A DNA stretch of 64,000 nucleotides from Octopus vulgaris. Lineage: Eukaryota. The stretch is taken from the NCBI GenBank assembly GCA_951406725.2, contig OX597839.1, forward strand, positions 30,504,001 to 30,568,000, written 5' to 3'. The notes beneath the pieces were generated by a model. It was given only the letters and a program-made list of their open reading frames with translations. It did no database searches and had not been told where the DNA came from. Both the position numbers and the translations under genes were made by a program. Positions 50,476 through 64,000 of this stretch are shown here, in pieces (position 1 is the stretch's first letter; each line of letters opens with the position of its first letter).

Positions 50476-53187
50476 CCCGCATGCTCGACAACCGATGTAG
50501 GTGTGTTTATATTCCCGTTACCTAGCGATTCGGTAAAAGAAACCGATAGTATAAGTACTAGACTTAAAAATAAAGTGCTGGGGTCAATTCGATTGACTGA
50601 AAATTTTTCAAGGCGGTGCCCCAGCATGACCTCAGTCTAATGACTGAATTAAATAAACGGTAAAAGGTCAATGGAATTCCCAGTAACAGTGCTCCAAGTA
50701 AAATAACCGATCTGGGTTATTTTTGCGTTTTCTTTTCAGCGTGGTTTTCCTATCTTGTCTATGGCTGTCTCTGTTCCTTCCTGTGCTACGCCGAGGGTTC
50801 CTGTCTTTATAAACGGGTGTCGTTGTGGCCCACAGCCGGGTGAGCTTTATTCTGTGATGTAGTTTCAGAGTTTGTCGTTTTAATGGAACGTGCCTCGTTG
50901 TTTGTTGTTGTTCTTACTGTTGCTGCTTCTGATGTTGCCGTTGCTACTGTTGTTGCTGCTGCTGTTGATGTTGTTGCTAGGGGGAAAAATACATGTAAAA
51001 AGAACAATAAAAGATAAACGCAATAAGATACTGTGATCAATGTGGGTCTTTTGTGCCACCTTCTTCCTTCCCCCTCCTCACCCCACCCCTTCCCTCCTTT
51101 CCCCACTTCCCTTGCTTTTCTTTTTTTCTTCAAGGGCTTCAATAGGAATTGGCTGAAAGAGTTCAGGACCCTTATTAGTGAGAACTGTCCAGCCGCCCCT
51201 GCCAGTCGCTGAATCTGTGAAGGAAGTCACAGTTTCACTCGTCTGACACATGTTTAGCGGATGCAGAAGAAAAAGTAGGGGAAAAGAATGTGAGGGAAGA
51301 AGAGAGGAAAAGACGAAGAAAATGATTTGTTCTCCTCTGTTGAATGTTGTTTACGGGTCAATTAATTAAGAAGATCAGTTAATAGTGTTTTAGGGGGAAG
51401 AATTAGTAGAGTGGAGAGGTTTGTCTAAGCACCGTTGAGCAAGATGTGGAGGCGAAAAGTGAACTGGTTAGTCATGTTTCAGGTGACTTATTGCTGTGAC
51501 ACCCACTTGGTTAGTGTGACTCTGACGTTGGAATTAGTGCTGTTTTTATATCTGTGTTGTTGTATAGTCCTGGATGGGCCCTAACAGGGGTTCTGTGACC
51601 CTCGGCCCTTAATCACCAGCTATCAATACAACAATCCTCACAGTTATATAATGTCACTTGTCATACCGAAAATCATAGTACATAACCCTACATGTACAAA
51701 TGAATGGTGCAGTGTGTCAGACTGGTCACGTGGTATGCTCCCTTCTCTGTCCAGTTTTTTTTTTTTACCCCTCTAGCTTGTTGTGGTGGTGACCACTCTT
51801 GAGATGGACAACTCAGAGCCAAGCAGCCACTGGTCCTCTAACTTTACTGTTGGTAGTGTATATCTCAGCACAGTGTTTGGGTCAAGTGAGGTTATTGATG
51901 TTGCAGTTATTTCTGTGTTTGAGTTTATTATGTTTGTCTGGGCCCAGGAGAATAAACATCAGAAGCTGCGGTTTCGTCCTTTTATAGACTTCAGAGCTAG
52001 GCGAAAGGAGATCGCTCCCAGAAGTATTTTGCCGTAGTTGCAGCTCATCAATGCCATCTACTCGTGTCACAAAATTGAATCAGCCTGAAATATGAAGAGG
52101 GATAGTGTTTCAACTGTTCGCTGGTTTGCAATGGCGCCGTATAAGCAGAATAAATTCGAATTAAAAGCAGCTCTATAGTAAAGACTCTATCAATATAACA
52201 TAATTAAGATGTAGGTGCAGGCGTGACTGTATGGTAAGAAGCTTGTTGCCAGTCACATGATTCCGGGTTCAGTCCCACTGCGTGTCACCTAGGCTAAGTA
52301 TCTTCAGCTATAGCCTCGGGCCCACTAAAACGCTATGAGTGGATTTGGTAGACGGAAACCGATGGGAACCCGTCGCATATCTGTGTGTGTGTCTGTTTGT
52401 CCCCTATCACCACTTGACGACCGGTGTTGGTGTATTTATGTCCCTGTAACTTAGTGGTTCGGCAGAAGACACCGTTAGAATAAGTATCAGGCTTTAAAAA
52501 CAATCAGTACTGGGGTCGATTCATTCGACTAAAATTTCTTCATGGCGGTGCCCCAGCATGGCCGCAGTCTAATGCCTGAAGCAATTAAAAGATTAAAAAA
52601 TGTGTAATTGAAAATACGTCTATAAGGGATTTTCCTGGACAAAAGCTTCAGCCCCTGGTGTTTAAACAATATAATCGACTGGCCCCTACTATGCAATCGA
52701 CTGACCCCTTCAATACAATCAACTGCACTGGGTCGATATAATCGACTTAATCCGTCTGTCTGTCCTTGTTTGTCTCCTCTGTGTTTAGCTCCTTGTGGGT
52801 AGTAAAGAAATAGATATTTCGTCTGTCTTTATGTTTGAGTTCAAATTCCGCCGGGGTCGACTGTGCCTTTCATCCTTTCGGGATCGATAAAAGAAGTACC
52901 AGTTGAGCACTTAATCCCTTCCTCCAAATTTGAGGCCTTGTGCTTCCAGTAGAAAAGATTATTGATATGAAGGTGTCGAGCTGGCAGAATCGTTAGCACG
53001 CCGGGCGAAATGCTTAGTAGTATTTCGTTTGCCGCTACGTTCTGAGTTCAAATTCCGCCGAGGTTGACTTTACCTTTCATTCTTTCGGGGTTGATGAAAT
53101 AAGTATCAGTTAAGCACTGAGGTCGATGTAATCAACTAGCCCCCAATCCCCCCCGCAAAATTTTCAATGCCTTGTGCCTAGAGTAGA

Positions 53188-53239
<52 letters not shown>

Positions 53240-53284
53240 GTAATAATAATGATAATAATAATAATAATTATTATTATTATTATT

Positions 53285-53723
53285 GCCTTTGCACAGCTTC
53301 TAACCCTGGAGATGTACTATCGTTAGTCCGTTCATACATTTCATTTTGCCTCTCTTCAACACTAATACACCACACTTTCTCAGTCCGAACTCCATTCTGA
53401 TATCAACACTGAAGGTATACACCGTATCAACGAGGGAACTGACTTGGGTTTCATCTTTACCATAAAGTTTGAGGTCATCCATGAATAACAAATAGTTGAC
53501 TTTTTGTTGGCGGCTTTTGAATACATACCCAGCTTTTGCTTTTCTCAGAATCAGTGTCAGTGGTATCAGGCACAGCACAAAGATCAGTGGGGACAGGCAG
53601 ACCCCTTGGAAGATGCCCCTCCTAATTTCTACTGTCTCTAAACTTCTTCCGTATGCTGTCAGGTCCGTCCTCCAATTCGACATACTTTTTCCAAGTAATC
53701 GCCCAACATTCGATGCAATCCCA
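53285..53723 (-). mobile_element. R4/Dong-like LINE, 5'-truncated and internally deleted (RT core fused to the 3' terminus)
   Basis: IRRGIFQG.CLSPLIF..LLFMDDLKLY..FGLRKC, followed immediately by tagtacatctccagggttagaagctgtgcaaaggc(aat)n. Confidence 0.9.
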
Positions 53724-53752
53724 AATAATAATAATAATAATAATAATAATAA

Positions 53753-54940
53753 TCGAAATTAAACGGACGGAATAAGATTGAAGCTATCAACACCTGGGAG
53801 GTTCACTCCTTAGATATGGAGCAGGGGTAATCGCATGGACAGTAGACGAACTAAACAGCTTAGACAGAAAGACAAGAAAGTTGCTGACTAGATATGGGAT
53901 ACTCCACCCAAAAAGGGACACAGACAAACTGTATGTACCAAGAAAAGGAGGGGGAAGAGGACTGATTGGATGCGAACACAGCATCAGAGCAGAAGAAAAC
54001 AACATAGCATGGTGTGTAAAAAATTCCACAGAACCACTATTATTAGAAGTAGGAAGGTCAGGCGTAGGATGGAAGATTGCAAAGATAAAGCACTGTCGAA
54101 GCACTTGAGGATGAATGAAACTGAAAAAGGTGGATAAGGAAAAGAATGCACGGACAATTTCATGGGGATGTTGAAGATAAGACTGACAGAGAAAAAAGAT
54201 GGCTATGGATGACTAAAGTGATTTAAAACCGGAAACAGGGGCTCTAATCTGTTCTGCCCAAGAGCAAGCATTAAGAATGAATTACATCAAATTCAGAATA
54301 GACAATAGATAAGTGCAGAATCTGTGGACAAAATTATGAAAACGTATGTCATATTACCATTCAATTTACACCACTAACCCAGAAAGAATATAAGAGACGT
54401 CATGACAATATAGCAAGGATTGTCCATTGGACACTTTGAATCACGTATGGACTTGACAGAAAAAAAGTGGTACGAACATGAACCCGAAGGCATCATCGAA
54501 AATGATAATGCAAAGATTCTATAGGATTTTATGATTCAGTGCAACCATGAGATAGAGAATAGGAAGCCTGGTATAGTGTTACTGGATCATAGATATAGCA
54601 TGACCAGCTTACAACAAAGTATACGATAAGGAAGAAAGAAAAGTCGATAGATATGACAGGTTAGCGTGGGAGGTTAAGCAGTTCTGGTCGAAGGAAAAGG
54701 TGGTAGTAGTACCAATAATTGTCGGAGCCCTGGGAACAGTAAGTAAAAATCTTGAGAAGTACATGGAATAAAAAGGGGCTGCAATAAGGGTGGACCACTT
54801 GCAGAAAACAGCACTGCTTGGAACCGGTCGAATACTCCGGATGGTGCTCGAAAAATAAGAGGTGTTACCTTAGTTCGCTGGTAATAAACAGCTGACACTG
54901 TAGTACATCTCTAACGTTAGAAGATCTGCAAAGACAATAA
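53753..54940 (+). mobile_element. R4/Dong-like LINE 3' part (post-RT, CCHC, restriction-like endonuclease, 3' end)
   Basis: SKLNGRNKIEAINTW, LYVPRKGGGRGL, AQEQAL, KCRICG, RRHDNIARIVHW, DFMIQ..RKPGIV, IIVGALG and LQKTALLGT; flanked by (AAT)n. Confidence 0.9.
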
Positions 54941-54964
54941 ATAATTATAATAATAATAATAATA

Positions 54965-55049
<85 letters not shown>

Positions 55050-55318
55050 TGTGCTAAATTTTGCACCTTACAGAAAGGAAATTTCCAAATGTTGAAAATG
55101 TCTCTGAAATTAATTTCAAAATTTCTCCGGAGAAGGAGTCGGGTTTACACTACCCTTGTCCCCCTCCCCTCAGCTGTAGGGTTTCGCTACGCAAGCTTGC
55201 CTGACACCCCTCCACGACACCATATGATACATCCATAATTTTATTTTACATCCCATTCGTGTAAAAATTGCAACGGCTGCCTCTGTCTGTATGTGTGTGT
55301 GTATGTATATATATATAC

Positions 55319-55392
<74 letters not shown>

Positions 55393-55572
55393 ATGTATAT
55401 ATACATATATGTGTATATATATATATATATACACACACATATATGTATATATATGTGTACGTATGTCTAATCTGTATGTATATATGTATATATATATGTT
55501 TGTCTATATGTAACTATATATATGTATTTGTTTACGTGTGGTTGCAGTGTTTGTATATATATATATATATAC

Positions 55573-55618
<46 letters not shown>

Positions 55619-56717
55619 TTATCAATTTGTGAATGTGTATATAAGTGAGTGGGTGTCCATCTTGCTCTTATTTTAAGGCAAAATGCCATGGCCCTCCACA
55701 TCTATTCTTAGCCTTCTGTTGAATTCTTTCACCTCTAAGTTACAGTTTAAACCCCAACCCACCAGCTATTACTTATACGCATTATACACATTATACACGC
55801 TCTGGCTATTTTCTTTGACATATATTAATGCACCTATGAATATATATACACACACGTGAGTGTGTGTGTGTGTGTGTCTTAAATATTTTATCCAATCGCT
55901 AGAGCGACAAATGGAACCAACATTTTGCCTTTTGTCCTCCTCCGAATTGTTTCCTAAACGCGCTTTGATTTGAGGAAGTGCAGTGATGGCCTCTGTCGAC
56001 ATTTTTGTTGTTTTTCGTTAATAGAAATAGATTGAGAGGAAAATAGCTGACATCGCTCGCTCCACTGGGGGCTTCGTCATCAGCCATACATGTGTGTGTG
56101 TGTGTGAGTGTGAGTGAGTGTGAGTGTATGTGTGTGTGTGTAAGTGTGTATGTAAGATAGACAGATAGATAGATAGATAGATAAGGGATTCATTAGAATC
56201 TAGGCAGATCAATTCGTAGGACACCAGAAATGGCTAAGGTACAAGGGCATAGGGCTCACGGTGAGGTAAAATAACCATGAAGGCATCGTGTGTTGGTAGA
56301 ATACTGTAGATATAGAAATATGTAAGCGCCAAATTCAATTTAAACTGTAAACCGAACTCAGGGCTGGTTCTAGGTGCGGCGTAGGTATGAAAAAGGTACA
56401 CGAATGGAGTTTAAAATTTACGACAAGTGTTTCGGGAGAACTTTATTGATGTATTCATAGATTTTATCATAACATATAATCCACCATCTACAGGCAAAAT
56501 CTTAGACATGAATACACAGAAGGTAAAACATTGATGATGACTAGTCCAACAACATACTGGATATATGTGTGTATATATATGTAAATGTAAAAAAATACAA
56601 ACTGGGACAAGAACGTGAAACATTTAGAAGACGATGCAAAAAACACGGACGGGACATTCGAAGCCTCCAATCTTCAGTCAAGAACCGGATCATCTTCGCA
56701 ATTTCGGCTGATTAATA

Positions 56718-56748
<31 letters not shown>

Positions 56749-57099
56749 ATGAATATATACGCGTATACATATATGTGTGTATATATATGTATCCATGTTC
56801 ACAGACATATGTCTGTTAGTCTGTCTCCTATCAAAATCTCCGACGTACTTTCTTCTCATTATCTCGGATGGTTTATAACCATCAGTAATGTCGTCTCATT
56901 ATACCTCACTGACTTTGATATATTAATCTGACAGTAAATTTAATCTATACTATTTTCACACCCCTTTCAACTCAAACCAGACAGTATGTCTGCAATTTCT
57001 TTATAAGTCTCTAAACTTCTTTATACGTCTCTTTCAAAACTTCTAGACTATAATTATTTCTCACTAAACACAAATCAACCATTAAAAAAAAATATTAAA

Positions 57100-57162
57100 A
57101 ACTTATGATGAAGTGATGTCTGCAGAGAGATTGCGTAACTATCAGTGAAACACGTGTAAATA
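57100..57162 (+). ncRNA. Degenerate hammerhead-like motif in a Penelope-like 3' terminal relic (about 56880-57260)
   Basis: actt ATGATGA agtgat...atcagt GAAAC ACGT GTA aat. The first core C is lost; stem II and the palindromic acacgtgt stem III remain. Confidence 0.42.
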
Positions 57163-57368
57163 TGTTATAAATGAATAAATAATTTAACATTATGATCTCC
57201 AAGTGTGAACACCTTATCTGTACTCTCTGTCCGTTATAGCCTCCAAGCGTGTAATATAGGATGATCTATGAAATGGCATGGATTTTTAGGGATCAGTTTT
57301 GAAGTGGAATGGAAAATAATGGCAATCTGAGTCGATGGTTGGATGTTGTGTACTTTAAAAGACACTCA

Positions 57369-57419
<51 letters not shown>

Positions 57420-57426
57420 ACACACA

Positions 57427-57493
<67 letters not shown>

Positions 57494-58274
57494 CATGTAC
57501 ACATACATAACGGTGACTGTTTGCTGGTTTCTCTATATTGGAAAGTTGGTTTGGGAGGAGAGACTGCCTTCGTTCTTTTTAATCACCATCTTCATCATCA
57601 TCATCATCGTCGTCATCGTCACTACTATCACCACCACCTCCACTGCCACATTCATCACCACCATCGCTGCACACACCACCACCACCACCACCATCACCTC
57701 CACCCCACCACGCTACTATGTAAAACATTTTGTAAATATTCTACTTATCACAGACAAAAAATACAAAATATTTCAAAATGTTCTTTGGTAATTTTACTGA
57801 TTTCCTTCCGTCCTTTCTTTCTTTCCTTCTTTCTGTTGCCCCCCCTCCGTCTCCTCTTTTCTTTCTTCTGTTATCGTTGTAATTGCTGTTGTTGTTGTTG
57901 TTGTCTTCAAAAGAGAGAGAGAGAGAGAGAGACGAAACACTTGTTCAGTACCCTGTTCTACGAAGTATTATTACAGTTATTATTAAACGGGTGTCAACCG
58001 GGTACATCTATCGGAATCCGCCCCAATGGAGTGGAGGGGGGGTGTCGTGGTGACCAAAACACATTTTTGGATTCAAATGACTTCATTCAAGTTTCTTATT
58101 TCAATTTGGTGAAAACTAAACAAATGCTATTATTGTTCTTCTTCTTCTTGTTACAGTTGTTGTGGTTGCTGTTGTTGTTGTTGTCGTCGTTCTTGTTTTT
58201 GTTTTGGATGTTGTTGCTGAGTTTATCAGTCGTTATTGATTGTTATTATTATTATTATTATTAGTTGTAAGGCG

Positions 58275-59210
58275 AAGGCGGACAAACTGGCAGAATGGTT
58301 AGCACGCCGGGCGAAATGCTTAGCGGTATTTCGTCTGAGTACAAATTCCGCCGAGGTCGATTTTGCCTTTCATCCTTTCGGGGTCGATAAATTAAGTACC
58401 AGTTACGCACTGGGTCGATTTAATCGACTTAACCCATTTGTCTGTCCTTGTTTGTCTCCTCTGTGTTTCGCCCCTTGTGGGTAGTAAAGAAATAGGTATT
58501 TCGTCTGCCGTTACGTTCTGAGTTCAAATTCCATTGAGGTCGAATTTGCCTTTCATTCTTTCGATAAATTAAGTACTAGTTATATACTGGGGTCAATGTA
58601 ATCGATTAGTCCCCTCTTCCAAAATTTCAGGCCTTTAGTAGAAAAGATTATTGTTATTAGTAGTAGTGAGGCGAAGGCGGCGACCTGCGGAATCGTTGGC
58701 CCGGCGGGCAGAATGCTTAGCGGCATTTCGTCCATCTTTGCGTTCTGACCGCCGACGTTGAATTTGCCTTTCATCGTTTCGAGGTCGATAAAATAAGCAC
58801 CGCTTGAGCACCGGAGTCGATGTAATCGACTTATCCACTGTACCGAAATTGCTGGCCTTGTGCCAAATTTGAAACCATTATAATTATCGTTAGCAGTATT
58901 TCTTCCGGTTCTTTACGTTCTGAGTTCAAAATCCGTCGAGATCCACTTTGCTTTTCATCCTCTCTGGGTTGATGAAATAATTACCAGTTTACTACTGGGG
59001 GTGATGTAATCGACTAGCCCCTTTCCCCAAATTCTAGGCCCTGTGCTTATAATAGAAAACATTTTTACGATTTAAAATCCGAGGTCGATTGTGCCTTTCA
59101 TATTTCCAGAGTCGATAAAATAAGTACCAGTTGGGCACCGGGGTTGATGTTATTGACTATTCCCTGCCCCTAAAATTTCAGGCCTTGTACTAGCATAGAA
59201 AGGATTATCA
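58275..59210 (+). mobile_element. Tandem cluster of a second SINE family (aaggcggcgagctggcagaa..gagttcaaattccgccgaggtcgactttgcctttcatcc..gtcgataaa..aagtaccag)
   Basis: About five full or partial head-to-tail copies. Other copies at about 5960-6090, 6420-6635(-), 8175-8272, 8700-8800(-), 24380-24590(-), 37550-38100(-), 48165-48360, 48650-48815(-), 49652-50077 and 52730-53190. Confidence 0.85.
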
Positions 59211-61466
59211 TCATCATCATCATCATCATCGTTCGTGAAGTACTAGGGTCGCTTTAACCATCTGTTCATCTCCCTGAAAGAGAGAAAAAACTGCGACCTT
59301 GTGCCTAACGTCTTATTGGATTCGCAGAAGAGTTAGTTTCCTTACATCTTGTGTTCAAATTCCGCCGGGGTCAGCTTTGCTTTTTATCCTTCCGCGGTCG
59401 ATAAAATACAGTAACAGTCCAGTACTGGAGCCAATGGTATCACCCCCCCGCCACCTAAGACTGGACACATTCAATAAAGTTGTCCGAAATAGCATGTTTG
59501 AAGAATAAAATAAGAAGTGGTTACAGTTTGAAAGTCTTTGATCAGTTTTGACCTGGGGCTAAACAACAACAGCAACAGTGGACAGTGGAGACCCCGACGT
59601 TGTTAACAAGAGATAGTTTAGGGCATCAAATGGAGACGGGGATGAATGACGCGTTTTCGGAAGATCAATTGCAAAACAATTGACCATCCCAGAACCAACG
59701 TAAGGTATTTTAGCAGTGGGTCAACAGTTACTGCCTCTAACACTGGTCAGTAAAGAAACAAAACCTTCGTCCACCCCCAGAAACAACAAAAGCAATATGT
59801 CTCCTAGTATTAAAACTGTAATCAACAATGTATAAAACAACATCGATCTCAATTATTTGGAGAAAGCCACCTTCCTGTTCAGTAAAACCCTTATCGATTA
59901 TTTTTTTTTTAGGTTCCACTTGGAAAGGGCTGTGAGGGTGAAGAGGGAAGTGCTACCTCCCAGTGACTTTGTCAAAAAATGATTAGGATGAATGGCAACA
60001 ACAATTGGGCGAGGGTTCGTATCTCTGGTGGTCAGGATGATCCTGAACTTACGGGAGTCCATAATTGGTCCTAGTTGGAGATTCTCTCGTATTAGGAGGA
60101 CTGCCTCATTCATTTCACTGTCTTTTCCCTTCCTTTCCCGTCATCTTTTATGTAAATCCCCACACAAATTCTAGACAATCCTTGTGATGACCCCTTCATC
60201 TGATGCCCCTGTGGCAAATAAAAGAAATCATCATCATCATCATCATCATTATTGCTCTTAATGTTGTCTTTAAGGTCAATAATGCTTCCAGATGCTGCCA
60301 CAGTTGCCAGCACCTGTCAGCTTCCGTTACACTTCACTTCTGCTTCGGAACTGATTTAGAAAAGTTTATTGCATCGATTTCTCTTATTTGCTTTGTTTCG
60401 GGATTTTATTGTTTTTTTCTCCGATTTATTGTTGTTTTTGTTGTTTTTGTTGTTTTTGTCGCTAACTTTTCAAATTTCTTTCACTCAATTTTTTTTAATG
60501 TTATTCTTGTTGAAGTTGTCATTGCTGTCGATGGACAGCTTTGAGGAAAGGTGGTGGTGGTGGTGGTTACTAAGGCTAAGAGTGCATTTAACACTACCAT
60601 ACGGACAGAAATATACACTTAATCACACACAGTTTTCACACACACACAGGCAAACGCATAGACACACACATACACACACGCACACTGACCCACACACTGC
60701 ATACATTGATGCATGTGGTACTCATACACGCGCGTGCGCAATGGATGCTATACACTCACAAACACACATTTACACAATAAATTAAACACGCATATATATT
60801 TACACACACATATATACACATTACATATATACACATACGAACACATTCGCAGATGCATTCATATAAACGGATACACACACACACCCACGCCCAGTCACAC
60901 AAACAATTTGTGAACTTTTGACAAATCGTTAGGTTCCAACTAAAGTGGAACAATTGATCACACACAGACACACACACATGTCTATACTCATGCGTACATA
61001 TTAATAAATCTATATATAAATGTATATACACACGTATTCATGCATATATATACTCACATGCACATATATGCGTATGTATGAGTATGTATGTATATGTGTA
61101 TCTATACACTTATACCTACGCAAATACATATATGCATATAGGTGTGCGTTCGTGTTATATGTGAGTGTGTGTGTTTGTATTTGTGTGTCAGTGGTTGTAT
61201 ATGCTTGCTATTTATATATGTATATGTAAGTATATCTGCATATATGAGTGCATGTGTACACGCACTCATACACGTACATACCTACTTTTACATGTGTGTG
61301 TGTATACAGAGATGTGTGTATATGTATAGCTGTGGATGTGTAGGAAGAAGTTCCGGGTTCAGTGCCACTGCGTGGTGCCTTGGGCAAATGTCCTCTACTA
61401 TGGCCTCGGGCCGACCAGAGCCTTGTGAGTGTGTTTGGTGGACGGAAACTGAAAGAAGCCTGTCGT

Positions 61467-61547
<81 letters not shown>

Positions 61548-61559
61548 TGGGTTGCATTA

Positions 61560-62680
61560 ATATCTCTTGCAGTTGCAGACCCTAGCATGCAGCCATTTGT
61601 TTTTTGTTGCAGGAATGATTAATGGGTGTAACGCGAAAATTAACAGAAGTATAGAGAGACTATCTCCCTGGAATATTCCCTTTGAAACATTTATGGCATC
61701 GGGGACGATCGTTTCACTCTTTGTTCTAAGTGTGACAATTGTGATCCAGGTTTTTGTGAGCCTCTCACTAGCAGCAATTAAGGTAATAGGCAGTTTTGCC
61801 AAATGTAGACACTTCAGCAGCCGTGAGTGGGGGATAGAGTCAAATGCCTTCTTATAATCAAGCGATACCGTTATAAGGCTATTATGATAGTTCCTCTCAC
61901 CCCTTGGACAGTGCCGCTTTGTTTATCAGAAGTTGTTCGGCACATCCCCACACTCGCTTCTTCCCACCGGCCTGCTCATTACTCACAATATTACTGAACA
62001 CGCAACGATCCTGGAGGAATTTGTTGAGGCAGCTTGTGCACAGTTTCTACATAATATTTAGACAAGCAATGGGCCTGTAGCTTTCAGGCAGCCTGGTGGT
62101 TTCATTCTTGGCTACGAGATTCGTCCGTGCTATAGCAAAAGCCAATTTGTCATGTCAATCTGATCTTTCATAGTACTTTTGAATATACGTATTAGTGGTT
62201 TCCTGTAAAATGTTAACTTCTTATACCAATGTCCAATTATTAGACCCCTTCTAAGTGTCTTCCCATTCAGCAGTTTGCCTACAGTTATGGTGAAAATTTC
62301 CGGGTCAGTTGCAAGTTTTACTGCATTTAGCTACGAGCCATTGAGGTTGAGATTCCCCTTTTCGTTCCAGATTTTCAAGCAAATTGATTCAAGATCTTCT
62401 TGAAAGAGAGCTTTCGTAACGATAATATTTTCCTTCCACATGTCTCTATATACTGCTGTGGGTTAGAAGCGAACTTGTGATTTATACAGACTCGTTTGCA
62501 GTAGCGAAGATTTTCTCTCAGAGTCCTGAGTTCGGGTTTTAGAGTAATTGACCTCCCCCGAAGAGCTTGTTGTGGAGAGTCACCGTACAGTTTTTATTAA
62601 TTTGTCTGTAAGATGTGACTGATGGGGTGTAAACTCATTTTTCCTCTAACATTTTATCATCGTTGTTAACAATCCAATAT
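61560..62680 (-). mobile_element. R4/Dong-like LINE RT fragment
   Basis: YRPIACLNIM, EQAGGKKRVWGCAEQLLINK, LDYKKAFDSIPH and KGIFQGDSLS. Confidence 0.87.
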
Positions 62681-62937
62681 GGCGGCGTAGGTTGTTGATG
62701 TTTTCTTTAAGTTTTGTTTTCCATTTAGGTTGTTTCGGTTTAGTACTTCCATTACCAGGTATGTATGTATGTATGTATGTATGTATGTATGTATGTATGT
62801 ATGTATGTATGTATGTATGTATGTATGCATGTAGCTGTTGGTCTGTCTTTTCTATCTATCCTTCAGATTATCTATGTATCTGTCTTCCTTTGTATTTTTC
62901 CTATTTTTCTTCAATCTTTTCAAGGACACACATACAC

Positions 62938-63015
<78 letters not shown>

Positions 63016-63145
63016 CAGTGGGCTGACGGCTCTCAAAGTTAATTAAAACACACGTGCTGAACCCGTCGTAAATTTAAAAGGCCATAATAGGGACCTTTTG
63101 CCCCCTTCATTTTATTGTTACTTTGCTATATTTTAACCGCATACG

Positions 63146-63192
<47 letters not shown>

Positions 63193-63294
63193 CCACTGAC
63201 AGACACTCATTCTAAAAGATCCCTCAATATCAACCACTTCATCCATTTGGGCTTTTCTTCGTATTTTATTGCTTATTGGAAAATACCCATCCCT

Positions 63295-63665
63295 TATCTA
63301 TCTATCTATCTGTCTGTCTGTCTGTCTGTCCATCTATCTACCTGTCTGTCTGTCCATCTATCTATCTGTATGTCTGTCTGTCTGTCCGCCTGTCTATCTG
63401 TCTGTCTGTCTGTCCATCTATCTACCTGTCTGTCTGTCTGTCCATCTATCTACCTGTCTGTCTGTCCATCTATCTATCTGTCTGTCTGTCTGTCTGTCTG
63501 TCTGTCCATCTATCTATCTGTATGTCTGTCTGTCTGTCCGCCTGTCTATCTGTCTGTCTGTCTGTCTGTCTATCTGTCTGTCTGTCTGTCCATCTATCTA
63601 CCTGTCTGTCTGTCCATCTATCTATCTATCTATCTATCTATCTGTCTGTCTGTCCATCTATCTAC

Positions 63666-63700
<35 letters not shown>

Positions 63701-63747
63701 TCTATCTGTCTGTCTGTCTGTCTGTCTATCTACCTGTCTGTCTGTCC

Positions 63748-63830
<83 letters not shown>

Positions 63831-64000
63831 CATTTATCTATCTGTCTGTCTGTCTGTCCATCTACCTGTCTGTCTGTCTGTCTGTCCATCTATCTATCTG
63901 TCTGTCCATCTATCTACCTGTCTGTCTGTCTGTCCATCTATCTACCTGTCTGTCTGTCTGTCCATCTATCTACCTGTCTGTCTGTCTGTCCATCTATCTA
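63295..64000. repeat. Compound (TCTA/TCTG/TCCA)n array running off the window
   Basis: Direct reading; higher-order unit ccatctatctacctgtctgtctgt. Confidence 0.97.

Noticed and set aside
51776-52090. Exon candidates on either strand (ORFs 51783, 51882)
   Set aside because: Acceptor-like sites exist, but there is no recognisable product and the minus-strand frames close quickly.
49652-54940. SINE mobilised by the Dong-like LINE because both sit in TAA/TTA tracts
   Set aside because: The SINE is usually followed by (ATT)n and the LINE by (AAT)n on their sense strands, and their 3' tails do not match.
58275-59210. CRISPR-like repeat array
   Set aside because: Eukaryotic context; the units are diverged SINE copies with no unique spacers and no cas genes.

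Overview
AT-rich, microsatellite- and repeat-dense animal genomic DNA. The SINE families and the (TA)n/(TACA)n/(TAA)n load suggest a coleoid cephalopod such as Octopus; this is inference from repeat motifs, not a database match. One protein-coding gene is well supported: a two-exon NAA80 (actin N-terminal acetyltransferase), with a 22-nt first coding exon (8088-8109) missed by the ORF track and a large second exon (9427-10256) carrying a tandem polyproline loop. Two phase-compatible minus-strand exon candidates (27831-27961 and 23959-24121) may be the 3' end of a second, unidentified transcript. The rest is mostly transposon relics: Penelope-like elements, R4/Dong-like, Tx1-like and RTE LINEs, Tc1/mariner relics, a non-autonomous Helitron, a hAT-bounded block, tRNA-derived SINEs and long simple repeats. 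Nearly all other track ORFs are repeat artefacts. The most interesting non-coding signals are three minimal hammerhead-ribozyme-like motifs and a recurrent class of long fold-back hairpins sitting in TA/TAA microsatellites. I found no clearly new protein-based system.
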